A stretch of 62,898 bases of DNA, the filler included, from Dicyema japonicum (lineage: Eukaryota > Animalia > Dicyemida): assembly GCA_011109175.1 (NCBI GenBank). It is 10 parts of 10 records of this genome, joined end to end, with 100 filler letters (N's around TTAATTAATTAA, not from the genome) between each part and the next. Parts side by side here need not be neighbours in the genome. Positions count along the whole stretch, not along the records: positions 19,801 to 27,994 come from RDEW01000001.1; positions 28,095 to 38,896 come from RDEW01000157.1; 8 more parts are not named here. One strand, 5' to 3'. The position numbers were made by a program, and so were the translations under genes. The notes under the pieces were generated by a model. That model made no database searches and was not told the DNA's origin. It saw only the letters and a program-made list of their open reading frames with translations. Below are positions 25,890 through 37,171 of the stretch, piece by piece; position 1 is the stretch's first letter; the number at the start of each line of letters is the position of its first letter.

Positions 25890-26190
25890 CAGTCCAGAAA
25901 GGAAATAAACCTGTTGACAACTTGCGTCCTGTCATCCTTAAAATATCCTGCGGAAGATCCTTGCCCTGATCATAGTTAATTGGATCCAAGAAATAATGGA
26001 CAGTACTTGAATGATGCCAAAGTGGTTTCAGGATTGGGAGACTAACAGCTGATGTAGTATAGTTTCATAGGTGGCATTTTGCTATTCAGTTAAGATTCCA
26101 AGTTTTAAGAACTTTAGTTGGAATTTATCTCACCAGCGCTTCCGACACTGTTGCGAGGAAAACTCATTGAAGTACTGGAAAATATCAGGA
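25890..26190 (+). mobile_element. LINE (RTE-like) RT N-terminal remnant
   Basis: QKGNKPVDNLRPVIL...RKILALI...QSGFRIGRLTAD...DLTSASDTV with frameshifts. Confidence 0.55.
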
Positions 26191-26559
26191 CTCGGTCACC
26201 TTAATACAGTTCAACCTATTTTTGGAACGAACCCCAAGTGTGGAACACCTCTGTTTTTGATACACCCTCGGGATTTGGAACACTTCGAAAATTTATTAGA
26301 TAATTAATAAAATCCTTACCAAAAAGACCTTGTTTTGGACCACTTATAATTATTTTAATTTAAAATTAAATTTTACAGTTTCTATTTTTTACTACAATTA
26401 ATTTTTAAATCATGTGCAGATTTTTGTTCATATTTGCTTGTCTTAAAGTTATCTACACCTTTTATGCGCTTAAACTACAAAAATTGAAATTGCTAAACTT
26501 TTTTCAAAAAGGGAGCATTCAATTCGAAAACTCGCGAGAATGTTTGACACAAGTATCGG

Positions 26560-27800
26560 AACAATTTCTAGACTCAAGAGAAACATTGTTCCATTCACAA
26601 AAAAATGGATAGAGTTATTCAAATGCAGAGACTTCAGACTCAGTCACTAGTAAAAAGCATAAACTTTTAAATTCAAAAGTGTTGGATGTATTTCAACACC
26701 TAAGAAAACAAAACGTTCCCATTTCCGGACCTTTAATCCAAAAAATCGGTATTATTGTAATTCCTAAAATCATTTTATTAGGACTGAAAGTCGCATCTAG
26801 AATCTTACTTCAACTTTTTTAGGCTTCATACGGATGGCTAAAAAATCAAATTAAGACATGAATTTAAGTAACACTTTGTCTGGAGAAAAAGTTTCAAGTG
26901 ACAGTTCTATGATTGATGAATTTTTAATTCAATTTAATATCAAAATTGACTAATATGGAAAAAAAAGATTTTCAAATGCGACGAAACGTGTCTTTTTTGC
27001 AGACGTAGTCCAAAAAAATCTTTTATTCAAACAATGAAGAATTATTTGGTTTCAGCAGAGCAAAAAAAAGTAACTGTCTTGCTCTGCTCCAGCTATACAG
27101 GAAAAAATTAGACCTTTTGATTATTAAAAAGTTTCGTAATCCAAGATGCTTCAGAATTTCCTCCCGTCAAACCATAATGTTGTCTATTCTTCATCCAAAA
27201 AGTGCATAGATAACAAAAGATGTGGATAGATGTTTGCTTCATAAAATTATTAAACATTTTTTATCAAAAAATCTGAAAATTATTCTGCTATTGGACAATG
27301 CTGGGCCTCACAATATTCTGGAATTCTCTAACAGAATTATTTTTCCTACCCAAAAATACAATTCCTATACTTCAGCCACTGAAATATGGAATTTTCAAAT
27401 CTTTCAAAGACCACTATTCTACATCTTTAATAGATTTTTAATTTTTCAGTGACGATCAACAATTTTTTATTNCTCTAACAGAATTATTTTTCCTACCCAA
27501 AAATACAACCCCTGTATTTCAGCCACTGAAATATGGAATTATCAAATCTGTCAAAGACCACTATTCTACATCTTTAGTAGATTTTTAATGTTTCAGTGAC
27601 GATCAACAATTTTTTATTGAGTCCCTAAAAAAGATAAATTTATTTCAAGTGCTATTATTGATTTCTGATGCATGGAAGGAGGTTTCATCAGAAATTATTA
27701 ATAATTGTTTGGAAAAAGTGTTTAGCGAACACCAATCCGAGGATCTTAATGGTCTCTTCATCAATGAAAATATTGAAAAAGCTATCGAATATGTTTAAGA
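26560..27800 (+). mobile_element. pogo/Tigger transposase pseudogene (CENP-B HTH and DDE)
   Basis: LRKQNVPISGPLIQ, ASYGWLK, TLSGE, VTVLLCSS, IILLLDNAGPH, FLPKNTTPVFQPL; many frameshifts. Confidence 0.85.
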
Positions 27801-28094
27801 AAAAAATGACCCTGAGTCAGAGCAAAAATTTATAATGAAATTGAGGCAGAATATGTAACTATAGCCATTGATAACATAAATAAAGTTGAGGAAAACATTT
27901 AAATATGTTGCCAGTTTGTCGTAAAGGTTTTTATGATTTTAGAAAAATATTCATGCGCAATTTAAAATTTAAATATGGTTATGGACAAAAGATTNNNNNN
28001 NNNNNNNNNNNNNNNNNNNNNNNNNNNNNNNNNNNNNNTTAATTAATTAANNNNNNNNNNNNNNNNNNNNNNNNNNNNNNNNNNNNNNNNNNNN

Positions 28095-28270
28095 TGCGGC
28101 TGGAAGTATTACAGCCTCTTTCCTAAAGGAAATCGGGGGAAAATTGGCCCACCGCAAGAAAGACGTGCGGGAAGCGGTCTGGGTGAGGCAAAGAATTGGT
28201 ATCGCTGTTATTCGCGGAAACGCTTACTCAAAGAATTGGTATCGCTGTTATTCGCGGAAACGCTTACTAA
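28095..28270 (+). mobile_element. CRE-clade C-terminus
   Basis: FLKEIGGKLAHR...WVRQRIGIAVIRGNA (Q.GNA-type terminal motif); ends in a roughly 39-bp tandem duplication. Confidence 0.75.
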
Positions 28271-28319
28271 TAAATTTTTGTTCTTTATCCCACATAAATG
28301 TCTATTTTAATAAATTTAA

Positions 28320-28460
28320 TAAGAAAATAATTGAATATGAAAGAGGAAATATGTTCAATTGTGATGAAACATCACTTTATATAAAAATGACACCAAGAAA
28401 GTCATTTGTTGAAAGTGACGATCAGTCATTCAATTACAGATTGTTGGAAACAAATTGAAA
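28320..28460 (+). mobile_element. pogo/Tigger fragment
   Basis: MFNCDETSLYIKMTPRKSF. Confidence 0.7.
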
Positions 28461-29459
28461 AAACCGTAGTGTCTTAAATGTTGATGATCGCCTAACTGAT
28501 GAAAAAATGACCGAAGTTGTAAATAAAATATTAACCGAAGCTGATGATGAAGAAACTATAGAATGCGACACTTTTATCTATAATGAAGATATAGCTGAAA
28601 ACGAGGATGTGACAGAGAAACATTTCTGGAAACTTTGAATACTCTGGAACAGGACATTCCTGCATAACACCAAAGTCATTAAAAAATTCTACGAATTCCG
28701 ATTGACAGTAATGAGAAAAAGAAACTATAGAATGCGACACTTTTATCTATAATGAAGATATAGCTGAAAACGAGGATGTGACAGAGAAACATTTCTGGAA
28801 ACTTTGAATACTCAGGAACAGAACATTCCAGCATAACACCAAAGTCATTAAAAAATTCTACGAATTCCGAATGACAGTAATGAGAAACATCCTGAATGGT
28901 TACAAGTTAAAACCATCAGTGTGACATTCTAAGTCATGTCACCAAATCCATACGAAAGGACTACAGAAATTGAATGCTCTCAAAACAATTTTTGAGAATA
29001 GTCCGTTTTCAGTAGAAGATTGCTTACTCAAATTATAGAGTCAAACCACTTTTCCTGCTATAAAATAAGCATGTGCTTTATGGATTTATGTACTCTCGGC
29101 GACGTCTTTGAACAAAATCTACTCCCTACAATAAAAAGCTCTACGACTTTAAGGAGTCAATCAGATCCTACTCTTGTCACCCCACTGCCAGATCCTTCAA
29201 ACGAAAGATTGTCCGTGGATTTCTCATGTGTGCTAATAACAGAGAAATACACTAAGTCTATCCGTGGCACAATCTGACAATAAACGACATTTCTTCAGCT
29301 GGCTATGTAGAAGAACGTTCAATTTGATAATTCAGAGAAACGACCAGCAGGTGTGTAGGACTGATGCTGTTTCCCCAAGTGGATATTTATAAAAAAAATA
29401 GCTTTAAATATTGATGGAATCTATTTGACAAATCACATGAATGAACAAGATATTATCCA

Positions 29460-29650
29460 CCATGAAATTGCAGGTCGATTCGCTAGACACAAGGTCCATA
29501 GCAGTCGACCTTCCGGCCGCATAGGCACTCATGGGGTTGACAAACTTTCAATCCAAGTCTAATGGAGACTCCGGTGCGGACCGTTTCATCGTCTAGGTAA
29601 GTTCCAACGTTTCCAATGGGTAGGACATTGATCCAAGCCCCGCTCCACTC
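29460..29650 (-). mobile_element. CRE-clade post-RT / zinc knuckle fragment
   Basis: SGAWINVLPIGNVGTYLDDETVRTGVSIRLGLKVCQPHECLCGRKVDCYG. Confidence 0.8.
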
Positions 29651-30479
29651 NNNNNNNNNNNNNNNNNNNNNNNNNNNNNNNNNNNNNNNNNNNNNNNNNN
29701 NNNNNNNNNNNNNNNNNNNNNNNNNNNNNNNNNNNNNNNNNNNNNNNNNNNNNNNNNNNNNNNNNNNNNNNNNNNNNNNNNNNNNNNNNNNNNNNNNNNN
29801 NNNNNNNNNNNNNNNNNNNNNNNNNNNNNNNNNNNNNNNNNNNNNNNNNNNNNNNNNNNNNNNNNNNNNNNNNNNNNNNNNNNNNNNNNNNNNNNNNNNN
29901 NNNNNNNNNNNNNNNNNNNNNNNNNNNNNNNNNNNNNNNNNNNNNNNNNNNNNNNNNNNNNNNNNNNNNNNNNNNNNNNNNNNNNNNNNNNNNNNNNNNN
30001 NNNNNNNNNNNNNNNNNNNNNNNNNNNNNNNNNNNNNNNNNNNNNNNNNNNNNNNNNNNNNNNNNNNNNNNNNNNNNNNNNNNNNNNNNNNNNNNNNNNN
30101 NNNNNNNNNNNNNNNNNNNNNNNNNNNNNNNNNNNNNNNNNNNNNNNNNNNNNNNNNNNNNNNNNNNNNNNNNNNNNNNNNNNNNNNNNNNNNNNNNNNN
30201 NNNNNNNNNNNNNNNNNNNNNNNNNNNNNNNNNNNNNNNNNNNNNNNNNNNNNNNNNNNNNNNNNNNNNNNNNNNNNNNNNNNNNNNNNNNNNNNNNNNN
30301 NNNNNNNNNNNNNNNNNNNNNNNNNNNNNNNNNNNNNNNNNNNNNNNNNNNNNNNNNNNNNNNNNNNNNNNNNNNNNNNNNNNNNNNNNNNNNNNNNNNN
30401 NNNNNNNNNNNNNNNNNNNNNNNNNNNNNNNNNNNNNNNNNNNNNNNNNNNNNNTCATGTTCCAAAAATATTTGTTTGT

Positions 30480-30660
30480 AAGGACCAATTATTATTGCAA
30501 AAGCTACAGAGTTTGCTAAAGCATTTGGCGAAAATGATTTTAAAGTTTCCACTGGCTGGTTATGCAGTTGGAAGTTCCGTTAGTCAATCCAGTCGTACTG
30601 TATCAGTGGTGAAAAAGCAAATGTTGACAGCGATATCGACCAGAGGATATATTTGACTGC
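30480..30660 (+). mobile_element. pogo/Tigger HTH fragment
   Basis: FKVSTGWLCSWKFR ... ISGEKANVD. Confidence 0.7.
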
Positions 30661-31069
30661 GACGATATTTTACTCTTCATACCTCTCATGAATAGACTCG
30701 AACTACCCACTGAAAATCACAAAGATTGGGAATTATCCCTAGTTGAGCAATACCAAACAGTCTCAGCTTCTGTAGATAATGACAGTGACTCAGATTCTGA
30801 TAAGTAAACAGAACCAAAACATATAGAAAAATTAACACGCAAAAATGTTCAACGAATGCTAGACCAAATTTGCCGCTCTTCTTGTACTCAAGATCCTGGA
30901 TTAGTCGACGCCGTCAACTGGCTGATGTATCTGAACAATAAAGCAATACTGAATCGAAGCTAATACAAGGCAAACCTTATTGACAGATTTCTATTAATTT
31001 TACTGTTTCACTTTTTTGTTATATGTAAATTTAAGGCAAGACAAACACTTAATTTTTTNATTTGGTGGA

Positions 31070-31370
31070 TTGAAGAAGGTATGCTAGCCTTAATAGCGAT
31101 AATGGATGGGTATTCCTTTCTAATTTAATTGTAGTTGGTTGTGGTTATAGATTCATTTTCCAAATTCGCAGCTGTAAAACTTTCCAAACGGAAACCTGCG
31201 GAGGAAATTACGAGAAAAATAAGGAATAATTTTTTGATGATTGGTCCCCCATTAATTCTACAGACGGATAATGGGAAAGAATTTAAGAACAAATGTATGG
31301 AAACAATGTGTAATGATTTAAAAATCATACACATAAGTGGACGACCTAAAGCACCATGGATTATCCAACC
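31070..31370 (+). mobile_element. Retroviral-type (rve) integrase core fragment
   Basis: VVIDSFSKFA...PPLILQTDNGKEF...SGRPKAPW; near-identical to 35030-35335. Confidence 0.85.
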
Positions 31371-31399
31371 CGGGGCATTATCCAACCCGTGACATAGTT

Positions 31400-31680
31400 T
31401 GTTATTTTGGACGTCCGANTATCGTTGATAGCCATCGAGTCTTCGGTCGGCCGAGACTTGTCTGCCCAGTAATATTGCTCAGCATAGTTTGTTATTTTGG
31501 ACGTCCAAGAGATTCTCAGTAAACTCCTCCAGCACCAAAGTTCAAAAGCATCAATTTTTAGTCTATCCGCCTTTTTCAGTATCCATGTTTCAGCGCCGTA
31601 TAGAAAAACCGGAAACACGATTGGATTGACCAGTCTGCATTTGGTCCTTAAGCAAATATCTCTGCTTTCCATATACTGTT
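31400..31680 (-). mobile_element. RTE-clade LINE post-RT fragment
   Basis: IVFPVFLYGAETWILKKADRLKIDAFELWCWRSLLRISWT. Confidence 0.88.
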
Positions 31681-31710
31681 CATTTTTAGGAAAGCACTTA
31701 CTTTATGACC

Positions 31711-31950
31711 CCGCATAGGCAAGACAAACACTTAATTTTTTTAAGTGAAGAACAGTTAATGTTAATTAATCGGGCCATTGTTCTTCAATTATTTTTTCTT
31801 TTTCTTGCGTGTGGGTCTTTTACAGACAATCCGGTTCCGCAGTGGAAAACCACTGATGACGGCGTCACTCGTCAAACCCTTTTTAGAGCATCGTAGATGC
31901 AAGGAACCTTCCACCGGATGGACAGCAGGCATACTCAAACACAAAACCTA
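31711..31950 (-). mobile_element. tRNA-derived SINE, 5'-degenerate copy
   Basis: Collinear with 611-850 (CCGCATAGGCA...GGCGTCACTCGTCAAACCCT...CATCGTAGATGC...GGAACCTTCCACC); B-box eroded and A-box absent. Confidence 0.75.
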
Positions 31951-32207
31951 AGATATCTTATAAATAATATTTAGTTTGACAATTTTTGTTCAATTTGTAA
32001 TTAATTATGATTTATTTACGGGTTTTATGCAAGTATCCAGTCATTGCTCCCAAATGCTTGAGAGGGGCAATATTTGTGACATCCGGATTAAAAAATATTG
32101 TTGTCACCACGCCTCGGAAATTAAGTGAAAAGTAATATATATTAACAAATACAGTTTAATAAATATATTAATTCAATGTCTAACCAATGAGTTATTCACA
32201 ATAAAAT

Positions 32208-32971
32208 ATGACCTTTATTCTAATGCTCCCACTTGCCCTACTTTTTGTTCACGTAGTGATCCAAAGTGACTGTAACTTAACAGATGGGTTTTTGATGAAT
32301 TATTTAATTTAAATTAGGTTTATTGCAAACTGTGAATTCGATGGAGAACATGTCTCGGAACATAATAAATTTATTCATATTTATCATAACGTTAAATTTC
32401 CCAATGGAGAAATATTCTCCAATTTAACTAACTTGAAGCATTTGTAATCAAAATTTTATTAATTGCAGTACCTGTTTAGGAGACTCGTTAAAGAGAATAC
32501 TAAACAACTCATTTGATGGGTTGGATGACTTATTATGGATGTACATTCAAATATTTTGAATCATTAGAAAACTGAAATAATGTAAAGACATGAGTTACGT
32601 GGATATAGACGCGTTTGCACGTTTAGACAGTTTAGATTATCTGTAAAAATCTTATTCTAACATTAAAGTTACATGCCACAAAATGCCACTTTTAAGTTGC
32701 CAAAATTCAGTCATCTTCCAACCATTCGGTATTTTAAATTACTCACTGTCTAGTATTGTCGAGAACCAGAAAATGTGTATATTCAGTAAGAGTTCCCAAC
32801 CCACAATGTATACTTAGATATTCTTATATAAGGATTACGGAAACGACGAACTCGGTTCATGCGGTGAATATCATCTTAACTGACAAAAGTATGAAAATCG
32901 AAGCAAATCCATCATGGGGGGCAATGCTTATAACGGAGGAAGCATTTGGTGGGTTAGTTTACTCACAATAG
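32208..32971 (+). CDS. Signal-peptide leucine-rich-repeat gene, 7 exons, one in-frame TAA at 32578-32580 (possibly a pseudogene)
   Basis: Exons 32208-32287, 32318-32443, 32469-32540, 32568-32642, 32669-32728, 32754-32807, 32833-32971. All six GT-AG introns (30, 25, 27, 26, 25, 25 nt) are phase 2. Translation: MTFILMLPLALLFVHVVIQSDC...EIFSNLTNLKHF...ILNNSFDGLDDLLWI...VDIDAFARLDSLDYL...ITEEAFGGLVY. Confidence 0.8.
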
Positions 32972-33758
32972 ATTGCAACCCCTTTGTCAACCATGTTTCA
33001 AGAAATATGATATGCATCGATGAGTGTACCTAATAAAATATTTCGATGTAGCTAATTAACTAACCTAATTATTCATTCCAAATATTTCCTTCTTCCACTT
33101 CTTATCTCTAATTAGTGTTACACGCAGTAGTCAGGGTCAAAGATACATGTCGAGCACTAAGATTCGGCTCTCTGTGAAATGACCTTCTCGATGGTCAATC
33201 CCGAATTGACATCTTAATCCTGGAATGGGCAGCTTTTGTTTAGAATAGAGGAGGTTTAGATAATTATTTCTCACAGTCCAGTTAAGCAGGGATTTTCTTA
33301 ATAGGCCCTGCGTTGACATTAATGTGATTTTTTTTAATAAAACAAGTTTATTTAAATTATGAAAAACAATAGTCAAATGAATTAATGTAAACCCNNNNNN
33401 NNNNNNGATGGTCAATCCCGAATTGGCATCTTAATCCTGGAATGGGCAGCTTTTGTTTAGAATAGAGGAGGTTTAGATAATTATTTCTCACAGTCCTGTT
33501 AAGCAGGGATTCTCTTAATAGGCCCTGCATTGACATTAATGTGATTGATTATTCATTATGCATTTATAATATTTCCTTTTTCTAATTAATGTAATATCCA
33601 CTTATTCTTCCCAATTAGTGCTACATGCAGTATTCACATTTAAGGCAGACTTTCCGTTAGAGTATCCATGTAAATCCGTTTCTGCTTTTTTTNAAGAGGC
33701 ATACTTTGTCTCATTAATTTCTCTCTCTCTTTTTTCGGTTTTTCCTTGTAAATAAATA

Positions 33759-34398
33759 CACTAGGTGCAAAAAAAAACCGTTTTTTTAAATACGGCATAT
33801 TTTGCAAAGATAACCGTGATTTTTCTTTGTCGATATCGAAAGGGATCATTAAATTAACCCTAAATCAATTTTGTTATATTTTTTTTGTATTGTGTTATAT
33901 GTCTAAATTAAAAATTTTAATTACACGAGCGCAATAAAAAACCGTTTATTCTGGTGAGTGTGAGATTTTTTACTTTTTTTAGAATTTTAACGCTCGATAA
34001 AATTACGAATGCTTGATATAATAACAAAAGGAAAGATTCTAAGCTTGAATGCGTTAAATTGGACCACTAAAAAAATATCTGACGAGCTTAATATCCCGCA
34101 ATCAACTATCGCTGACTTCATCCGAAAATTCATTAAATATGGTACGACTGAAAGAATGAAAGGTTCGGGGAGACCAAAAATTCTTAATAAGGACGATATC
34201 CTTATTTTACTCAACCTGGTTAAAGAGGACCCCCAAAAAACAGCTGATTGCTTAAGGAATGATCTCCGTAAAATAACCGGAAGAACAGTCGGTAAAAGAT
34301 CCATCGCAAATTATTTAAGAAGGGAGCAAATATATGCTCGTGTATGTAGAAAAAAACCACTTTTGAACAAAATAAATAGTGAAAAACGCTATAACATG
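33759..34398 (+). mobile_element. Tc1-like element 5' part (TIR and paired-HTH transposase N-terminus), truncated
   Basis: TA|CACTAGGTGCAAAAAAAAACCG, inner repeat GCGCAATAAAAAACCG near 33930, then ORF 34009 with ...GSGRPKIL...RKKPLL. Confidence 0.85.
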
Positions 34399-34399
34399 N

Positions 34400-34545
34400 T
34401 GATAGTGGGGAGCCTTGAGGGACTCCATTTGGGAAATAGCGAGATCTTGATTTGATGTTGTTGCAGAGTACTTGTGCTCGTCTTCCATTTAGGAAGTTTC
34501 CAAGCCAAAGTTTCAGGTTCGGATGGATGTGGATAATGCTCCCTC
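34400..34545 (-). mobile_element. LINE RT fragment
   Basis: LWLGNFLNGRRAQVLCNNIKSRSRYFPNGVPQGS. Confidence 0.75.
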
Positions 34546-34949
34546 ATAAATTTTAATAAAATCAAACGAAAATAACCTGATAATTAATTAAAAATAACTT
34601 GATAATGGAATTAAGTCGAATTATTCTATTTTTTATCAATTTTTTGATCGAATGAATTTTACCAAGAGTCGGCAAAACACACATCACCAATTTTTCTTAA
34701 TCAATAACGTATTTTATTACATTCTACATTTTTTTAGGTTCTCCGTTTAAAAACCACTATAAACAATTCAAAATTTTTTATTATCTAAATTTTTTTTTAT
34801 AAAGGTCATATTTTTTTCAGACGACTTCTGTGTACATTTTTAAATAAATCGTCATTCGTATCTCTAAGTTCGCAGGTATCTTTAGCAACTTGATGCTTTG
34901 CCATGTTATAATCTATCTGCTTATAGCTGACAAATGACCCATTTGACGC

Positions 34950-35557
34950 ACTAGTGGAGCTAATCCACCTTTTGATCGATTGATTGTATCTAAAGATAAA
35001 TTTACAAATAACTGTCTCTTTACTTGACCCTGAATCCATGGTGCTTTAGGTCGTCCACTTATGTGTATGATTTTTAAATCATTACACATTGTTTCCATAC
35101 ATTTGTTCTTAAATTCTTTCCCATTATCCGTCTGTAGAATTAATGAGGGACCAATCATCAAGAAATTATTCCTTGTTTTTCTCGTAATTTCCTCCGCAGA
35201 TTTCCGTTTGGCAAGTTTTACAGCTGCGAATTTGAAAAATGAATCTATAACCACAACCAACTACAATTAAATTAGAAAGGAATACCCATCCATTATCGCT
35301 ATTAAGGCTAGCATACCTTCTTAAATCCACCAAATCTGCAATATAGCGATCTTTAAGCCCTCTTGCAATAATAGGAGTAATTGTTGGCTTAGTCGCCATC
35401 AACTTTTTTGACTACAAATAATTCAATGCATATGCACCTGACAGTGGACGCATTTTGAGTTCACAGCAGTAATTTCGTCTCGGGTTACTGCATAAATTTC
35501 CTTCCTCAGTATCGAAAGCAACTTCTCTCTTCCAAAATGTGTCCTCATATGTTCAAN
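34950..35557 (-). mobile_element. HHCC zinc-binding plus rve integrase (Ginger/GIN- or Gypsy-type), frameshifted
   Basis: HMRTHFGREKL...KCVHCQ; ITPIIARGLKDRYIADLVDLRRY; VVIDSFFKFA; LQTDNGKEF; SGRPKAPWIQGQV. Confidence 0.85.
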
Positions 35558-35559
35558 CA

Positions 35560-35939
35560 GCCTTTCTGCACGTAATCCCGGATTTTAAATATTTTTGAAC
35601 AAAGTCCCAAACAGTAGTCTTCGGTATATTGACGATGTCCGAAATCATTTTATATGAGAAATTTTGATTATATAAAGATATAACTTGTCCTTGTTCGAAA
35701 TTATTCATTTCTGTCTAATAAAAATCGTATTTTACGGTTTGAACAAATTACCGTTCGGAATTTTTTGTCACTAGAAAACACGTTTCTGCTTTAATTATTA
35801 AAATTATATGTTCGAATATCTATTTAAATATATAAATAGTTAAAATAATACAAATAAAGAAGCTCAAATAAATTATTTTATTGAAAATGATTAAAAATTT
35901 GCTTAAAATTAAGCGTTCGGATTTTAATGTCGAGGGGTG
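35560..35939 (-). mobile_element. Second Tc1-like element 5' part
   Basis: TA|CACCCCTCGACATTAAAATCCGAAC with inner repeat GACAAAAAATTCCGAACG; MNNFEQGQVISLYNQNFSYKMISDIVNIPKTTVWDFVQKY. Confidence 0.75.
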
Positions 35940-36138
35940 TACTTCTTATCTCTAATTAGTGTTACATGCAGTAGTCAAAGTCAAAGATACATCATGATCT
36001 CTTAAAGATATAATGTTGAGCACTAAGATTCGGTTCTCTGTGAAATGACCTTCTCGATGGTCAATCCCGAATTGGCATCTTAATCCTGGAATGGGCAGCT
36101 TTTGTTATTCACAATAAATGAGTTATTCACAATAAAAT

Positions 36139-36460
36139 ATGACCTTAATTATAATGCTTGCACTTGTCCTACTTTTTGTTCACGTAGTGATCCAACTTGA
36201 CTGTGACTTGACAGACGAGACTTTAAAGATTTGCTTAATTTAAATAAGGCAGTTGTCAGACTGTGCTTTCAATGGAGACCATGTTGCGGAAGATCCATCA
36301 CTTATTACAATTTGAGCAGGCGTTACATTTCCCAATGGAGAAATATTCTCCAATTTAACCAACTTGGAGAAATTGTAATCAACATTTCATTAATACCAGT
36401 TAGTGTGATGGAGGCTCGTTAAAGAGAATACTAAACAACTCATTTGATGGGTTGGATGAC
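36139..36460 (+). pseudogene. Decayed paralog of the LRR gene (exons 1-3)
   Basis: MTLIIMLALVLLFVHVVIQLDC...FPNGEIFSNLTNLEK...SLKRILNNSFDGLDD. Intron 1 donor is GA rather than GT; intron 2 (25 nt) is at the same position; TGA and TAG stops; cut off by hAT sequence. Confidence 0.75.
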
Positions 36461-37038
36461 TGCACTCGCGGGCCGGATAAGTGTGTTTTTTACAATAAAA
36501 ACTAATTTAAACAAAAATAAAGTAAACAAAAATTTTAATGAGAGCTATGGAACTGTGATCTTTTTTTGATAACTTCATCAATATTTGGTTTTAAATTGCT
36601 GCATCCTATCATGATAATTGATTTTAAGTGTCCGTCAGTCAATCTTCCACGACGAACAGACTTAACATATTTCATCCTCGAAAACGTTTGCTNCTGCCAC
36701 TCAATACGCAGCGCGGCGTCGTTGAGCTGACCCTCAGGCTCTCGACTTTTCTTTCAGTTTTTAATTATTGTTTATTAAAAAAAAACTTCATCAATATTTG
36801 GTTTTAAATTGCTGCATCCTATCATGAGAATTGATTTTAACTGTCCGTCAGTCAATCTTGCACGATAGGCAGACTTAACATATTTCATCCTCGAAAACGT
36901 TTGCTCACATTGGTAAGATTTGCCAAATATAGAAATCATCTTCATCGCAAAATTCTTCAGTCTCGGAAACTCATCATCCTTGAGATATTCGTAGAACTCA
37001 GCGAGTTTGGCCCGCGCGCCGTAGTTTGGTGACCCCTG
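36461..37038 (-). mobile_element. Non-autonomous hAT derivative: TIR fused to the transposase 3' end
   Basis: CAGGGGTCACCAAACTACGGCGCGCGGGCC after flank actTAgaa, then KLAEFYEYLKDDEFPRLKNFAMKMISIFGKSYQCEQTFSRMKYVKS. Confidence 0.8.
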
Positions 37039-37171
37039 TTCTAAGTGGACGAAGGGGAAGGGTGTGCCTCGGTGGGCTATAGTTTACGCCTCGACTCCTG
37101 CCCAACGATGTACCCCAAGGATCCCTTTTATCCCCAGCACTTTTCAACCTCTTCCTGGAAGATCTCCCGCN

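Noticed and set aside
22987-30656. Long ORFs spanning N runs (also 41051-41608 and the 5' part of 54712-55359)
   Set aside because: They are artefacts of translating gaps as X.
32578-32580. Stop-codon reassignment explaining in-frame TAA/TAG/TGA
   Set aside because: RRP36 and RAD54 end at TAA at homologous C-termini, and the RAD54 exons have no internal stops.
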